A stretch of DNA of 63,810 bases, counting the filler, from Dicyema japonicum (taxonomy: Eukaryota; Animalia; Dicyemida), in assembly GCA_011109175.1 (NCBI GenBank). It is 9 parts of 9 records of this genome, joined end to end, with 100 filler letters (N's around TTAATTAATTAA, not from the genome) between each part and the next. Parts side by side here need not be neighbours in the genome. Positions count along the whole stretch, not along the records: positions 8,232 to 19,742 come from RDEW01000114.1; positions 19,843 to 22,471 come from RDEW01000101.1; positions 22,572 to 26,211 come from RDEW01000225.1; 6 more parts are not named here. One strand, 5' to 3'. The notes under the pieces are model-generated. The model did not search any database. It saw nothing but the letters and a program-made list of their open reading frames with translations, and was not told where the DNA came from. The translations under genes and the position numbers were made by a program. Each line of letters starts with the position of its first letter. Within the stretch, counting starts at the first letter, position 1. Shown here one piece after another: positions 12,841 through 26,000 of this stretch.

Positions 12841-13673
12841 ATATTATGTCTAGGACTGCACATGGGGGTTATGGGTGCTATGATTCATGTGAAACTGCAT
12901 TATCATATCAACCTCTAAATTATCTTATGACGTCATCTTTTCATTTTAGTAATCGGCTATAACTTGCAGACTGTAAAAGGATTTGAGCTACCCTTTATGA
13001 TCGTGTGCTAATGTTCTGAATGAACCATCGAGTCGTTCTAGGATCTCCCTTCCTTTATCCTGCAAGGTACCAAAACTGTCTAACAAATTCCATTGTTGAG
13101 ACGAGGATTCCAGATGTCTTTTGTCAACCAATGACTCTTTCCCCAATTAGCTTCCTGATGCTTTGCAGAAACGCAAGGAACTCCAGGTATTTGAATTTTT
13201 TTAAATTTTTTTGTATTTTAGTTGAAAAGTAATGTTAGTCACTTTTTTTTGCCTTTGGTAATATCTAAAAATATTTAAATTAAATGTAAATTTAAAAATA
13301 AAAATTTATTATTTTTAAATTCACTCTACTTTGCACGTTTAGATTAGTTGTTGCTTCGGTCGTTAACCCCAGTTCATTATATGCGCTGGTCTCACACTTC
13401 CATACATTATGACTCACTGTCTTTAAGACCTGTTGGGACATTGTCTTGTTTTTTTTGAATTTGCTTCAATAGTAACTTAACCTTTGCTCAATTTGCTTCG
13501 GAAGAAGGTTGGAGATCCATTACTGACAGATTAAAACCTCCCTTTCTCTTGACGGACTTAGGAGATAATGTAATCAAGAAATTTTGAATCAAAGAAGCTT
13601 TGGAAGCACCAAGAATTTAATCCACCCTAAATTTGAATGAACTTAGTCAAGGATTATTTTTTGGAAGCTGCAC

Positions 13674-16240
13674 ATTATTATTATGGCACTTTCACGAAAG
13701 GCGGAAGGGTTTGTCACAACTGTCAAAGTAATCCTCCATCGCTTTGTTAGCGGGTGCGTCCAGGTTCATTCTTAGTACATGCCTAAATAGCCTCCACCGG
13801 GCATCTATCACATCCTTGCTGATGTATGAACACATACACTTGTTGTAGATACCAGTGGTATATTCTACGCGGCCACTCCATTCCGAGTAAGCTTCTTAGT
13901 TGCCTTCTATATAACGAATCCAGTTTCAATAGTTCGTTGAAGGAGCTTCCTCATGTCCCAGCGTTGTACAGTAGGATCGGTTTCACAAACACGTTGTAAA
14001 GCCTGCATCTGATGTCAATTCAAGTCCTTTGGCTCTTAGCCATCCTTTCTTCAGTTTAGCCATTGCCGCATTTGCAAGTGTTTTCCTCCTTAGTACATCT
14101 TCAGCGTCTCCTATTAGAGAGCCGAGCTTATTAGTACGTCTCCATCTTTCATGAGTAAATCTTTGCGCTCTTGAATCTTTGGTGCGTTGCGCAGCGCCAT
14201 CTGTGGCTCCATACAATGTCTGCCGTAGACCTCCCTTCTCGGAACCCACTTTGACTTGCTGGTAGGTATAGATTCGCCATACCCTTTATCCGGCTTAGTG
14301 CAATGTTTGCCAGCACCTTGCGTATCGAATTCAGAAGTATTATCGGGCGGAGATTTTCTACTGGTCCTTTTGATTTGTTCGGTTTTTGTATGGGTATTAA
14401 TAATCCATTTCCAAGTCCTAGATCGGTATTAGTTTCAAAGACGGCATTTAGGGTTTTTGCAATTGTGTCGCTAAGTTTTTTTGGCCCATATTTTAGGAGC
14501 TCAGGGCTTATGTTGTCCGGCCCAGCACTCTTGTTGTTCTTCAGTTTATTTATCGCTAATTCCACCTCTTCCACTGTGATTGGGATTTTTAGCGCCTTTG
14601 CTTTTCTTTGGAAAGGGGAAAGTCATTATTTTCTTTATTCAACAGTGTTTCGAAGTGTCGTGCAATCAATTCTGCTTTTTCTTTCGGGTTACCCACGAAT
14701 TTTCCATCTTTGTCTTTGATGTGAAGGATGTTTTGTCCTTTCTTTGTCCGCAGCAGCCGCATACATCCTTGAATTGTCTTTTAGACATTCCACATCTTTT
14801 AATAGGGATGTAATAATTTCCCGTGAATGTTTTCTGTTCATCTTTTTGATTTTCCACTTTAGTTCCCTTTGTTGGATATTAAGCTCTTTTTTTTACTCTC
14901 GTCTGACTTGTTTGCCACTTTTAGTCGTAGCTCTCTGCAATGCTTTGCCATATTTGGCACGTTCGGGTGGTGATTCAATTTTAGGGCGTGATGATTTCGG
15001 ACTCCAAGGCATATTTTGGCCGACTTGGAGATTGCCTGTTTTGTTTTATCCCACAGAGTTCGTACTGATGATTTCGGTGCGGTTTTCACCATATGAGTCT
15101 CGATTTGTTCGTGATATTTAGCTCTACAAGTTGGCTCTAACCACAATTTTTCTGTCTGAAAGTATATATTGGGTCTTTGTTTCGCCTTCTTCGTGTTTTC
15201 AATGTATTTTTTCCCAGTCAGGTGCTTTTTTACACAAAGTTTTGCAATGACGATCCTGTGGTCGCTGTCGGTTGTTGTTCCCTGGTAGGAACGTGCATCA
15301 TTTATCAGGTGTTTATCAGACTTTCGGCAGATAATGTAGTCGATTTGATTATATATATTCACGGTCTCTCCGACAGAGTTTTTTCTTTGTCCGTGCCACG
15401 TCGTCTTGTGGCAAGCTGAGTGCGTAAAGGCCGTGTTGCACAGGAAAAGGCTATTTGCCTCGCAGAAGTTTACCAGAGAGGCTCCAGATGCATTTCTCTT
15501 TCCGCGCCCGTGTCTTCCAATAGAGGATTCTTCGGGCCCCATTCGCATTCCGGCCTTTGCATTCATATCTCCCGCAACAAAGACAAGAGACGAGGAAGAA
15601 TTGTTAGAGTATGTGCTTGATAGTTCTGAGTAGAATTCCTCGAGTTCACTGGGGTTCTTGATTACTCGTCCACAGTGTGGTGCATAGACATTTATGGCGG
15701 TTAGTAGACTCTTGGAGGGGCATAGTTCATTTAGTTTGACTTGTAGGACACATATTCGGTCGTTGACTCTCCAAAAGCGATGTAATTTTTTGAGGTAATC
15801 CACGTGTAGGGCAAATCCCATGCCGTAGTGCTTGCATTCAGTTGGGAAGAGAATCAATCGGTAGTTGTTCCATGTCTCATCGCGTCCATTTTCGATTTTC
15901 GTCTCTTGTAGGCAGCCAATATATATTTTGTATTTCTCGAGATCGTCACAAAGTACTTTCCTTGTCCAATCTTTCGATATTCCACGTACGTTGAACGTCA
16001 TTAGCCTGAGTTCTCGATTGTATGATGAGTGTTTTTCAGACATTTTTCTTAACCGTAGTACAGAGAAGAAACGAGGCACGTCACCACCTCACCAAAAAGT
16101 GCTGCATCTCTTATATAAAGCATTTCTCTATATTCTCGTAGGTCAAGTAGTTCCTGTTATTTTTCTCAGCTGACCTCTGTGGAACTAGTCTAGTCTTTCC
16201 ATATCCGCTGATGAGGTCGCCCAACAATATATTAATTAAT
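13674..16240 (-). mobile_element. RTE-clade LINE (APE plus RT) with an internal deletion of the RT core
   Basis: APE motifs (GCLQET, INVYAPH, GDMNA, NQIDYI, SDH) and RT start (GPDNI, LRPI, QSGFR.GRST). Jumps from HQRFKS to KLGS near 14160 with no YADD. 3' end GTGAAAGTGCC(ATA)n. 5' boundary approximate. Confidence 0.9.
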
Positions 16241-17019
16241 TTGACCTTCCATAACAATATATTAATTTTATTATAAGGAAAAAGAATAGTTAATTAATTT
16301 TTTTAAATTATTTATTTAAATTATTTACTTTTTTGTGATTAAAAAAACTCGGTTTTTTAGATAACAAATAATTCTGACCTGCTTATAATAATAATAATTC
16401 TGACCAGGAGGGGTAGTTGACTTGAAGTTGTTGAATATTATTGTGTATTGGCGTACCTGTCAATTAATAAGAATGGCGGAAGAGGCATTTAACAAATTCA
16501 AAAATTATATTTCAGTAACGATCTATGCGGAATTAATTATCTGGAATATAAATTTTCTGTCTATAAATTTTTTCTATAAAAAAATGTAAAAGCGACATAT
16601 TTCTTCACGCATTTTCGTTTATTTGAAAAGCACGCATCATTATTCGTATTAAGTGACAAATGCCAGATAATAATTTGGAACAGCCACTCGGTTTCCCGAC
16701 GCTCGTTACTCACTTTCGATATCATAGACCCAAGAGATCTTAGCAAGTGACCATTTTTGACCTGAAGACTCTGCTCGTCTCGACGACAACGGGCTGTAGA
16801 TGGAATAAAGATTTTAATTAGATTTTTTTATATTAAAAAAATTTCTTTGTATATAAATTTGCCAAAAGTCAAAAAAGGCCAAATTTTGAATAGTCAAAAA
16901 AATCGCCCTCAATCCATGACGTTGAGACTTTCTTTGACGATGAGAGCTTTAGAATTGGCATTTCATATCGCCTTGGTTGGAACCTTCTCTCCGCAAGATG
17001 AGCTCTGAAAGATTCCTCA

Positions 17020-17410
17020 ATTGACTCGTATATCTGTTGATCATTGGGTCATGATTACACGTGGCGACACGATGAGGTCGTCAAGAGCATACAATTTTGC
17101 AATAGGATGAATTCAAAAAACCCAGAAAGTTGAGAACATATCAGAAGTAGATAATGATTGGTGTCCATAAAGGTCACTATTATTGTCGAGTACAATAAGC
17201 CGGACATTTTCGTACATGAAAAAGTCACAGGATATATTTTGAGCTTCTGTCAGGCGAATTAGATACAAAGCATAGATGCAGGTCATCGTCATTCTATATG
17301 TAATGGAGTGAGGAAGAACTGTAACCAAGTACAGCAAGGGATGGCAGTTGGGAGTTGATAAGTATCTAGAAGCCTATATGCAAACTGTCGACTTAAAGGA
17401 CTCTTGGGAG
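17020..17410 (+). mobile_element. R4/NeSL-like RLE retrotransposon C-terminal remnant
   Basis: RHDEVVKSI, NKPDIFVHEK and YVME..TVTKY...EAYMQTV.LK in broken frames. Confidence 0.55.
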
Positions 17411-17419
17411 CAGACGTCA

Positions 17420-18250
17420 AGGCCTATCCGAAGAGCAATTCCAACACGGATTTTATTCCCATCGAGCAGAGTACCAACTTCCAATACCGAGAAGGTATAC
17501 GATGGGTATCTGCGGATCTTCCAAGTTAATTTAGCTTGTATTCACAAATGACTTCACCCCAGTACTTTGAGAGATCAAGTACTTCGGAACACCAAGTCCG
17601 TTTGCTGTCCACTGATGTACAACCGTGTAAAGCACAGGATCCAGACTCACTCATTAGCATGAACATAAGATTGAGATAGCCAAGGGGAATTGGATGTATT
17701 GGAGATATCTAGCTTCATAACTCTCCCACGTTGCCCAGAAAGAAAGTTGGCCAACCACAGCTTTAGGTTTGGACGAACTTTCGAATCAAAAATCTTCCCA
17801 ATAAGAAGCTTCCTTGGGACTGCTTCGAAAGCCTTGTTTATGTCGATTGATACCATTCTAGTTCGCATGTGTGGTGGGCGGCGTTATGAATTGGGATAGG
17901 GTGGTGGACCTTCAAGGACAAAAGCCATGTTGAAAATCCGCTTGAGGGAGGTCCGGACTAATGGCGGATAGTACCAATTTTTCAAGAAGTTTTGATAATG
18001 TGCTGGTTAGGGAGATCGGCCTGCATAAAGCAGGTTCTCCATCCTGTCCGGCGTCGTAGTAATCCTCTTGAACCATAACTCACTTCCATGAAGCAGAATG
18101 ATGTGATTGTGGTCACTGGAAACCATAACTCACTTCCATGAAGCAAGTCCTGATAAAGAGGGGAAGCATAAGGTTAAATCGAGAGATGTGCTGTTATCGG
18201 TGCTTCTTAATGGGTTTCTTGTGTGTAATTTAGGGTCATTCAAAATAATC
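17420..18250 (-). mobile_element. Jockey/CR1-like RT remnant
   Basis: SIDINKAFEAVPRKLLIGKI...LKLWLANFLSG at 17868-17700. Confidence 0.7.
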
Positions 18251-18925
18251 ATCCTCGACTGTCAGAGGACTGAGAAGCAAAACAAACGTGGTGTCGCGAA
18301 TTAAGGTCGCCGCATATTAGAACGTTCTTTAGTTCTGAAAGGCAAAGGTATATTTGGGGCAGGATCCTTTGCAGTTTCAAGTTATATACACGAAAAATAC
18401 CAATTTGGAAATGTTAACAATATTTCGGAAAAATAATCGAAATTCCCAAAAACGTTGTTAAAAAGAGATTTAAATATTTTCTGCTACTGCAATTAGGCAT
18501 TCTTTGATTAATTCGCTGTCTGTAAATGATTTCATTCGTTTCGTAATTATCATTGTAATTTCGTAGCTGGTACGTGTGTCTTTTTTACAACTCAAATTAT
18601 AGAAAAATGTCCAGTAATTGTGTTCCAGTCTCTTAATTTCCATTAAGCGTGATTCTCATGTAAATTGAATTTTTCGTAATGCCAAGTTTCATAATGTCGC
18701 ATGATGTTATAAAGTTTTGGGACAGCAACTTTATCGGAGCATATCATATAGGTTTTTCCATAAGTCGTGAGTCCAATTTGCATTAAATGTAAGAGTTTGA
18801 AAATCTTTCATTCTTTTCGGACAATTCGGCAATTTAATTTACAACAAAAAATTATTAACACGTGTGGAAATTTATTTAATTTTTAATAATAGGTAAAATA
18901 AATATCAAAATATTTTACTAATTGG

Positions 18926-19271
18926 CCCGTGACTGTACACCAATAAGTCTCGAGATCATAAGCTCTCGTTGGAGACTCTTTTGACTCGTCCTTAGGTTGG
19001 ACTCGACCCCACCGAATATCGCCATGGAAGACTCCCCCATGTAAAACGCTTTCGTGAAAGACCAAGAACAACTCTCCCGGTTGTTTTAAAAACGATTTTA
19101 AAGGCGTAAAGAAAACATTGGCATCTGGTGACGACCTGGACACACTGAGGGATCTGGCTAAGAACAGAAAAGCCTGAAACAAGCTAACTCTTTCTCTCAT
19201 ATTTTTTGCTGCACATGCGGGGCTATAAATATTATGGCTCACGTGAAAGTGCTAATAATAATAATAATTGG
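18926..19271 (+). mobile_element. 5'-truncated RTE insertion with a 7-bp TSD
   Basis: RWRLF..VLRL, RPRTTLP and GDDLDTLRDLAKNR; tail GTGAAAGTGC(TAA)n; TAATTGG at 18919-18925 and 19265-19271. Confidence 0.85.
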
Positions 19272-19329
19272 GTCGCTAGGGACCATTTTCGACTCATGTT
19301 GTAGATAGACGAGGGAATTAGTTAGAAGA

Positions 19330-19680
19330 GCAAACCATAATGTCCGGATGTCTACCATTTTATGGCCAAAGTGGTTAATTGATATCACATGGGGTAAGTT
19401 GTGTCTTGTATTGATGAGTAGATGCAATACTGGAGAACATTGCTTTCATGTTGGATCACTCAATGTCTAATCCTTTGGAATATCCACACATATGTTAACT
19501 TTCCCAGTAAGTTTTTGAATAGAATTGCTAGCCGTATTGACGTATAATGAGAAATTCCTTGTTTGAAACGTATGTAATCTTATATACGTTCGAGAACTAT
19601 CGATGCTATATCAAAGGATATATCATGTAGTGAACCATGAGGGTTACACCACTTTTAAGCATTAGACTATACCTTAAATG
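19330..19680 (+). pseudogene. Unassigned decayed intron-bearing gene
   Basis: Three consecutive 25-nt GT-AG intron-like segments (gtaagttgtg..., gtaagttttt..., gtatgtaatc...) separate protein-like exons that contain stops. Confidence 0.4.
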
Positions 19681-21339
19681 ATTTTAATAGTTGTAATTAA
19701 TCATTTTGGATGTGTGTTCTTAGAGAGATTGGAAGCGAAATCNNNNNNNNNNNNNNNNNNNNNNNNNNNNNNNNNNNNNNNNNNNNTTAATTAATTAANN
19801 NNNNNNNNNNNNNNNNNNNNNNNNNNNNNNNNNNNNNNNNNNTTCTGATAATTATTTGTCTCTCGCAAAAAAATACATTAATCATGAAAAATGCAAAATC
19901 GAGTGAAAATAATTATTAATTCACATTTTTAATATAATCACATATAAATTCGGATTTCTACGCATATTAGTTATTTTTTGTGTTTATAGAAAATTATACC
20001 TCTCATTTTATCACAACAAAACTATTTTCTTCTATTTCTCGAAATAATGCTTGTTGGTCAGTTCTGCTTATTTAGTCAGTTTTTCCAAAAAATATCTTGA
20101 AAACAACAGAAACTTTTCCAAATCTTACAATTATTAAAAAACAAACAAATTAAAAATAGATCCCCACTAACATTCAGAATTACATTTGCTTAAAATACAT
20201 CTAAAATTATTCATTCTACATAAATAATTCTATCTAACTTCGTTCATCTATCAATAAAAGTTCATAATTAAAAATAAACGTGGGAGGAAATCATTTGAAC
20301 CTTACACTTTACCATCACACAATCATTTCAACTGTGTATCATGATATAAAATGATGAACCATTTTGAAAAAAATCAATCGAAACTTTGCCAAGAAAATGA
20401 AAGGACAATTCAAACAAAAATAGTTAGACTTTTTTTCCAAATTTGAAATCATTAGAATCTTCCCACTATCAAACTTAACTGCAAATGAATCTAAAGCTAT
20501 GTGTGATAACTCTGAAGCAATCAGCCGCGATCATCTTTATTTATCTCTGAAAGAAAGCCCACAGTGATGTCAGGAAAATCAGAAACGGATTCATCAGTAG
20601 CTGCCACCTAATTCTGCTGCCTCATAACATCAACCTAATTAATTATAAGCAATATTTAAGTCCAAAATAAAATTTTAAGATGTCAAATATGCTCAGAATA
20701 TTCACTAAATCCCCACACTAATCCGGGAGCAATGCCAATTTTTGTTACCTTCCATTCTCTATGTATAGCTCTGACAAAAGCGAATAATTTTAAATGACTG
20801 GATTTACACACACTGCCTTCAGCACATAATTATTTGGTTTTTTGGAGCTTGTTTAGAAGAAATTATAGGGTCATGATTTGGGCCAAGAGACTCTGAAAAT
20901 GGTCGAAAGTGGGATAAAGATGACATGTCTAGTCCACAATCGCACATTATTTGTAGTCCGCAGTGTTTTATTATACAACATGTGGTATTTGGTGCAGATT
21001 GAACATTTACCTATAATCGAATGTCAAGATACACACTTAACAATTTTCATGTTGTAAAATTAAAAAAAATATTTAGTGTACTTAATTAAAGGACTGCTTT
21101 TAAAAATAATTTAAGCACAGACAGCTTTTCCTCAATAGATGGCCTGAAAGATTATCTATTGAAACAAGCCTCATAAGATTTTAAACATCTTGTGATTTAT
21201 TTTGCTTTTTTGATCTAGTTTTTGTTTTTGAATATTTCTTTTTCGGATTTTTAAGTATAAATTACAACTTTGGAATGACTTTAAATAATTAAGTTATTTT
21301 TTAATGAATTATTTTTGTTGATAAAAAACTAAGAAATAG

Positions 21340-21750
21340 TTTTTAAGTAATATTTGGTTAAAGGCTCTCCCTTCCATCGGGAATCTGGTGGACAAGGATT
21401 GCTTAAGCATCGCAAATCTCCTTCCGTGTCTGGCTGGAGATCTGTCAGGCGCACAAATGCCGCTGTGGGGGGACTGTTGACGAGTACGGTTTGCACCCTC
21501 TCGCTTGCCGTCGGAGTGCGGGTTCGTGCCCCTTGCCACAGTGAAACTCAACGGCAATCATTCAAAAGAGCCCTCGCTTCCGCGGGTGTCCCGTCAATCC
21601 CCGAACCGGTTGGGCTGGGATAGGAGGAGACGACAAACTCCCAGACGGCATGTCCACCTTTCCCTACGAGCAGGGGAAATCCCTTATTTGGGACTCCACC
21701 TGCTCAGACACATTCTCTCTGTAAGCGGCTAGTGATACTTGCCGGCTTCC
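21340..21750 (+). mobile_element. Degraded CRE-like RLE fragment
   Basis: YGLHPLACRRSAG, KRALASAGVPSIPEPVGL and a WDSTCSDTF-like segment. Confidence 0.8.
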
Positions 21751-23099
21751 TTAATGATAGGGAAATCTGATATTTATTTATTAGACCAAAGGACCAAGGT
21801 AAAACCAGTTATTTATAATCTGGTGATCCCGATGCACTTCGCATCGACGGAGATGCTCCGGAAAGATTTGATCCGGTTCAAAGTTCATCTCCTGGGACGA
21901 CGATGTCCCCGGGATCAGAGTTCTAGTGGTCCTTTTTCGGTGGGCATTAGGTGCCCTCTGAACGTTTCCAAATCCAATTGAAAGTTACAACTGATTTGGT
22001 GGACCACATAACGCCACGTTAAGATTCAGAAGGTGGGAGACCCCCTTTCCACAACTGTGTTTATGTTGAGTAGAATGATGTAGTCATGTTTATCAGCTAA
22101 TTCCTCACCGAGAGAGGCGCGCCATCTCGGGAAAATTAGAAATGACCCCCGCCCGAGCTCAGTCGGCTTTTTGAGCATGTCTCAATAGCTGTAATTAGGG
22201 GGAACAGTTTTTCAATTCTCTCGGCGGCCAGTAGCTGACTACCTTTCGTTCTTTACTTTTGATTATTTTGGTAATAAATGGCATTGACCTTATTAAATAA
22301 CTTAACGATTTTTCTGAAGCTCTAAAGGTGAAATTAATCATAATAACTCTGGGAGTGAATCATATTTTTGATCTTTGAATTATCAGCCCTGGAGGAGGCG
22401 CGTCCCTGAGTCGCCGCCGAAAGATCTTTAAAGGTTAGAAATTTCAAATAAAAATGGATTAATCCGTGTCCNNNNNNNNNNNNNNNNNNNNNNNNNNNNN
22501 NNNNNNNNNNNNNNNTTAATTAATTAANNNNNNNNNNNNNNNNNNNNNNNNNNNNNNNNNNNNNNNNNNNNTTTTTTTTGCAACTTCAAAATAATTTTAT
22601 TATTTATATTTAGAAGAATTATTATTTTAATTTTCAAATAACGTTAAAGAATTTTAACTAGGAAAGCACTAGTGTTGATTTGAAGACTCCAGCAACCTTT
22701 CGAAAGATTTTCGGCAAACAAAATCATCCAGTCCGGTGTAATTTCAAAGATGGAAAGTTTGTTAGAAAGCAGTTTTAATTCACTTTAGTTTAATCTTGAT
22801 ATATTTTATGGTAAAAATTTATCTAATTTTGCCTGCCAATTACTGTTACTACAGAAGCCGTAGCATTCACTGGTATTATTTTTAAGTATGCTGTATCATT
22901 AACATTGAAGGACTCATAAAATATCGAATACGTGAGGGTTTGAAACAAAATGCGCATCAGACATACTTTGAATTCAGAGAATCAAAAGAATTTTAAAAAG
23001 TACCGTTTTCCTTATGGAAAAACAAATGAATATTAAATATTTTTGAACACGTGTCATTCATTTACTTATAAACGATATAAGAAATACTAATTTATTTAA

Positions 23100-24345
23100 T
23101 AAGATTAAAATGTCTAAGCGCTTTTCTAAATTTTTCAACAAACCCTTTTCATCAGCCTCCTCAAGAATGCAGACTCTCCAATTTATCCGATTACCACATC
23201 TAAGCCTACAAAAAACCATAAAAGAGTACCTTCCAAATTTACTAGGACAGCTATTAACATTGTTCAGTGAAATAAAGTACCTTCCTACGGTGCCAATCTC
23301 CGCATAAAAATACGGCTGATTAGAACCGGCAACCTAAATTTTATGAAATCATCCAAACTTCAAGAAGATCATCCTTAGAAGACAACTAAGATACCACCAA
23401 ACAAAAATTATTAGCACAAGAATGCAAAGTTTCGACAAATAAATCAACCAAATTGACTGGAATCCCGACAACCAAAAATAAGACAAGCAAAACTTGCAAT
23501 TGGAGGTGATGAGAAATATTTTCTGAAAAACCTCTAACATAGATGCAGATGTATGCACCTCAGCACTTAGTTAGTCACTGTTATGCTCTAAGAATTTGTT
23601 GTTATGCGGACGACCTAATTATCGCTGCAAGAGATAAATCTCCTTCCGTGGCTGTAGCAATTGTTCAGTCTCACCTAAACCGGGTATGTGACTGGCTATC
23701 TGCAAATATGTTATGTGTGTCAGCATCTATATCTCAGTCATCAATTACTGATAGAAGATTTAAAAATTGACTCTAACTGTTTTTGGAGATACTTCTATCC
23801 CTTCTACGCGGACCCAGAAGATCCTTGGGTAGTTTTCGACTCTGATGACGTTCCCGAGTCACTTGGAAGAGGTGCTTGCCAAGGGTCTTCAGAAATAAAA
23901 CATTTTAAAAGCGATCATAAAAAAGAGCCCCTTCCCCCCTGCTGCTTGCATCAACAAGGTCTACCGACAAGTCATTGTTCCTACTATTGAATATGCCTGC
24001 TCCGCCTGGAGATTTGCCATTCCCTCTTCGAGAATTGATCGTTTGAACTCTCAGGCGGAAAATTATGCATCACACTGACATCTCCATTGGCGGCCTCGTT
24101 TATGATGAGGCGACGTTGAAAAATGGTTAGGGTTTCCTACGTTTTTGCGAGGAACTGGATAACCCATTCAAGGAAAAGGTGGCCCATGCAGAGGAATTTC
24201 GGTAGGTTATAAAAAAGTGCACGCCGATTGAATTCCTATGCAGAAGGAAGAGAAAGCGTTCCCGGAGTGCGGTTGGGTCATCAAAAGACCAGACGAAGAG
24301 AGTTCGGATGTTGTTGGAGGCTGGGATCACCTAATTAGTTAGTTT
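23100..24345 (+). mobile_element. Jockey/CR1-like LINE remnant ending in a TTAG-type tail
   Basis: YADDLIIAARD..VQSHLNRVCDWLSAN; ends GGGATCACCTAATTAGTTAG. Confidence 0.65.
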
Positions 24346-24919
24346 TGAACTACCTTTTTTGGTGATCTTGAAGTTAAATAAATAAAATAAATAAAAAATC
24401 TAAGACAGGCATGCTCACGGTCATATAATCCATGGCTCCCTTTTCGATATTTTTTAAATACAGTCAACCTCTCTATAGTGAACATGCCATATTAATGCAA
24501 TTCACAATAACAAAAATTAGAATTGTCATTGATATGTTGGCATAACGAGGTAGTAAGGAGTCTTCATCTTCTACTATGCAATAAGTATGGTATTCGCCAC
24601 ACCAGAAAGTTGCGGACTCATAAGGTGCAATCTGTAGTAGAGAACACCAGGGTCTAAATTAAGGTAGACAGTGTTATCCGTACCTCNCCTTTTCGATATT
24701 TTTTAAATACAGTCAACCTCTCTATAGTGAACATGGCATATTAATGCAATTCACAATAACAAAAATTAGAATTGTCATTGATATGTTATAAAATGAATAC
24801 CACTTTTAAAAATGTATAATATCACTTATTTAAAATAAATAAATTACACGTTTTACAATAGTTAGCATGGTACAAAATCGAAAACGCCTATCATTTTTTC
24901 AAAAGGAAATCATATAATT

Positions 24920-25270
24920 TTTTCATAAACATGGACATTACACAGCGTGATTTATCTCTATGTTAATGAAAATTGGAGATGGAGGAATCACCTTCCTTAT
25001 AGCCATCTTCAACTTTTTTGTTAATAAAAACGTAATACCATCAATTTGGAAGCAGGCGTACATTCGCCAAATTCTCAAACCAGGAAACCGAAGTAGGACC
25101 CAGCGTCATTTAGACATGTGCTCCTACTCTGCTCAATATTAAAAATCCTGGAAAAACCTGTGCTCACAAAAATAAAAGAATTCCTAGCATGGTTTTAAAA
25201 ATGAAAGATTTACCTCCACCCAACTACAAACTTTGACCAACTTCATTCGGGATGGATTGTCTTACAAGCC
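24920..25270 (+). mobile_element. LINE RT N-terminal remnant
   Basis: IPSIWKQAYIRQILKPG, typical of the start of RT domains. Confidence 0.55.
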
Positions 25271-25329
25271 AGTCCTGGTTTAATAATAATATTTCATTTA
25301 AATTATTAGCGTGATTTCTAATACTTCGT

Positions 25330-26000
25330 GATGAGTATTGTTCAAAAAAAGTTAAAACCTAAAAGAGGAATATATTTCTTTTGGATTTTTTAAAAATCCT
25401 CAGGATCTTCATAAACCGCTTTGTTTGCAATGTGGTACAGTATTTTCCAATGAGGCAATGAAGCCATCGCGCTTAATCGAACATTCAAAGCGTAAACATC
25501 TCAACTCTATTGGAAAAAAACAGAATTTTTTTTGAATTAAAAAATAATTATAAAATAAAAATACTTTAACTATTAATAAAAGTATATTTCAAAAAGTTTC
25601 TGGACTATTTTATTCATACAAAGTTGCAGAGATAATTGCAAAAACAGGTTTTACGATTTGTAAAATATACGATTCCAACGTTGATTTTTTAAATTGCTAG
25701 TATCAATGTTCGGTGAAGAACTAGACAGAAACTTTTGAATCCACGACTTTGGATCGTTTTCATTGATTCCCCGTCATGGATATTTCGATGCGGGATGGAG
25801 TATCCCCAATATAGATATATGAAGTCATCATATCGGATATGACGATGACGATGGCTATATGAAGTCATCATATCGGATATGACGATGGCTTCGAGGATAT
25901 ACTTAATTCTACAAATACTGTTAACAAACACTGACGAAAATATAATCGAATAACATGACGCAAGTCTTGTGGAACGAGAAAAGATAAAGAACAGATAAAA
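25330..26000 (+). mobile_element. hAT (Buster/SCAND3-like) transposase 5' remnant with a BED-type zinc finger
   Basis: EEYISFGF...PLCLQCGTVFSNEAMKPSRLIEHSKRKH at about 25367-25500. Confidence 0.75.

Noticed and set aside
12950-13110. Two micro-intron-like segments giving MEFDKGREILERLDGSF...
   Set aside because: Only about 33 codons and unassignable.
14303-15633. Plus-strand ORFs of 60-140 aa over the RTE, and similar antisense ORFs over other LINEs
   Set aside because: Shadow ORFs opposite transposon coding frames.
24445-24790. Tandem duplication around a single N at 24687 (similar cases at 32490-32910, 35970-36330, 61540-61900 and 62270-62520)
   Set aside because: Each junction carries an N, typical of unmerged overlapping contig ends. 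Probably assembly artefacts.
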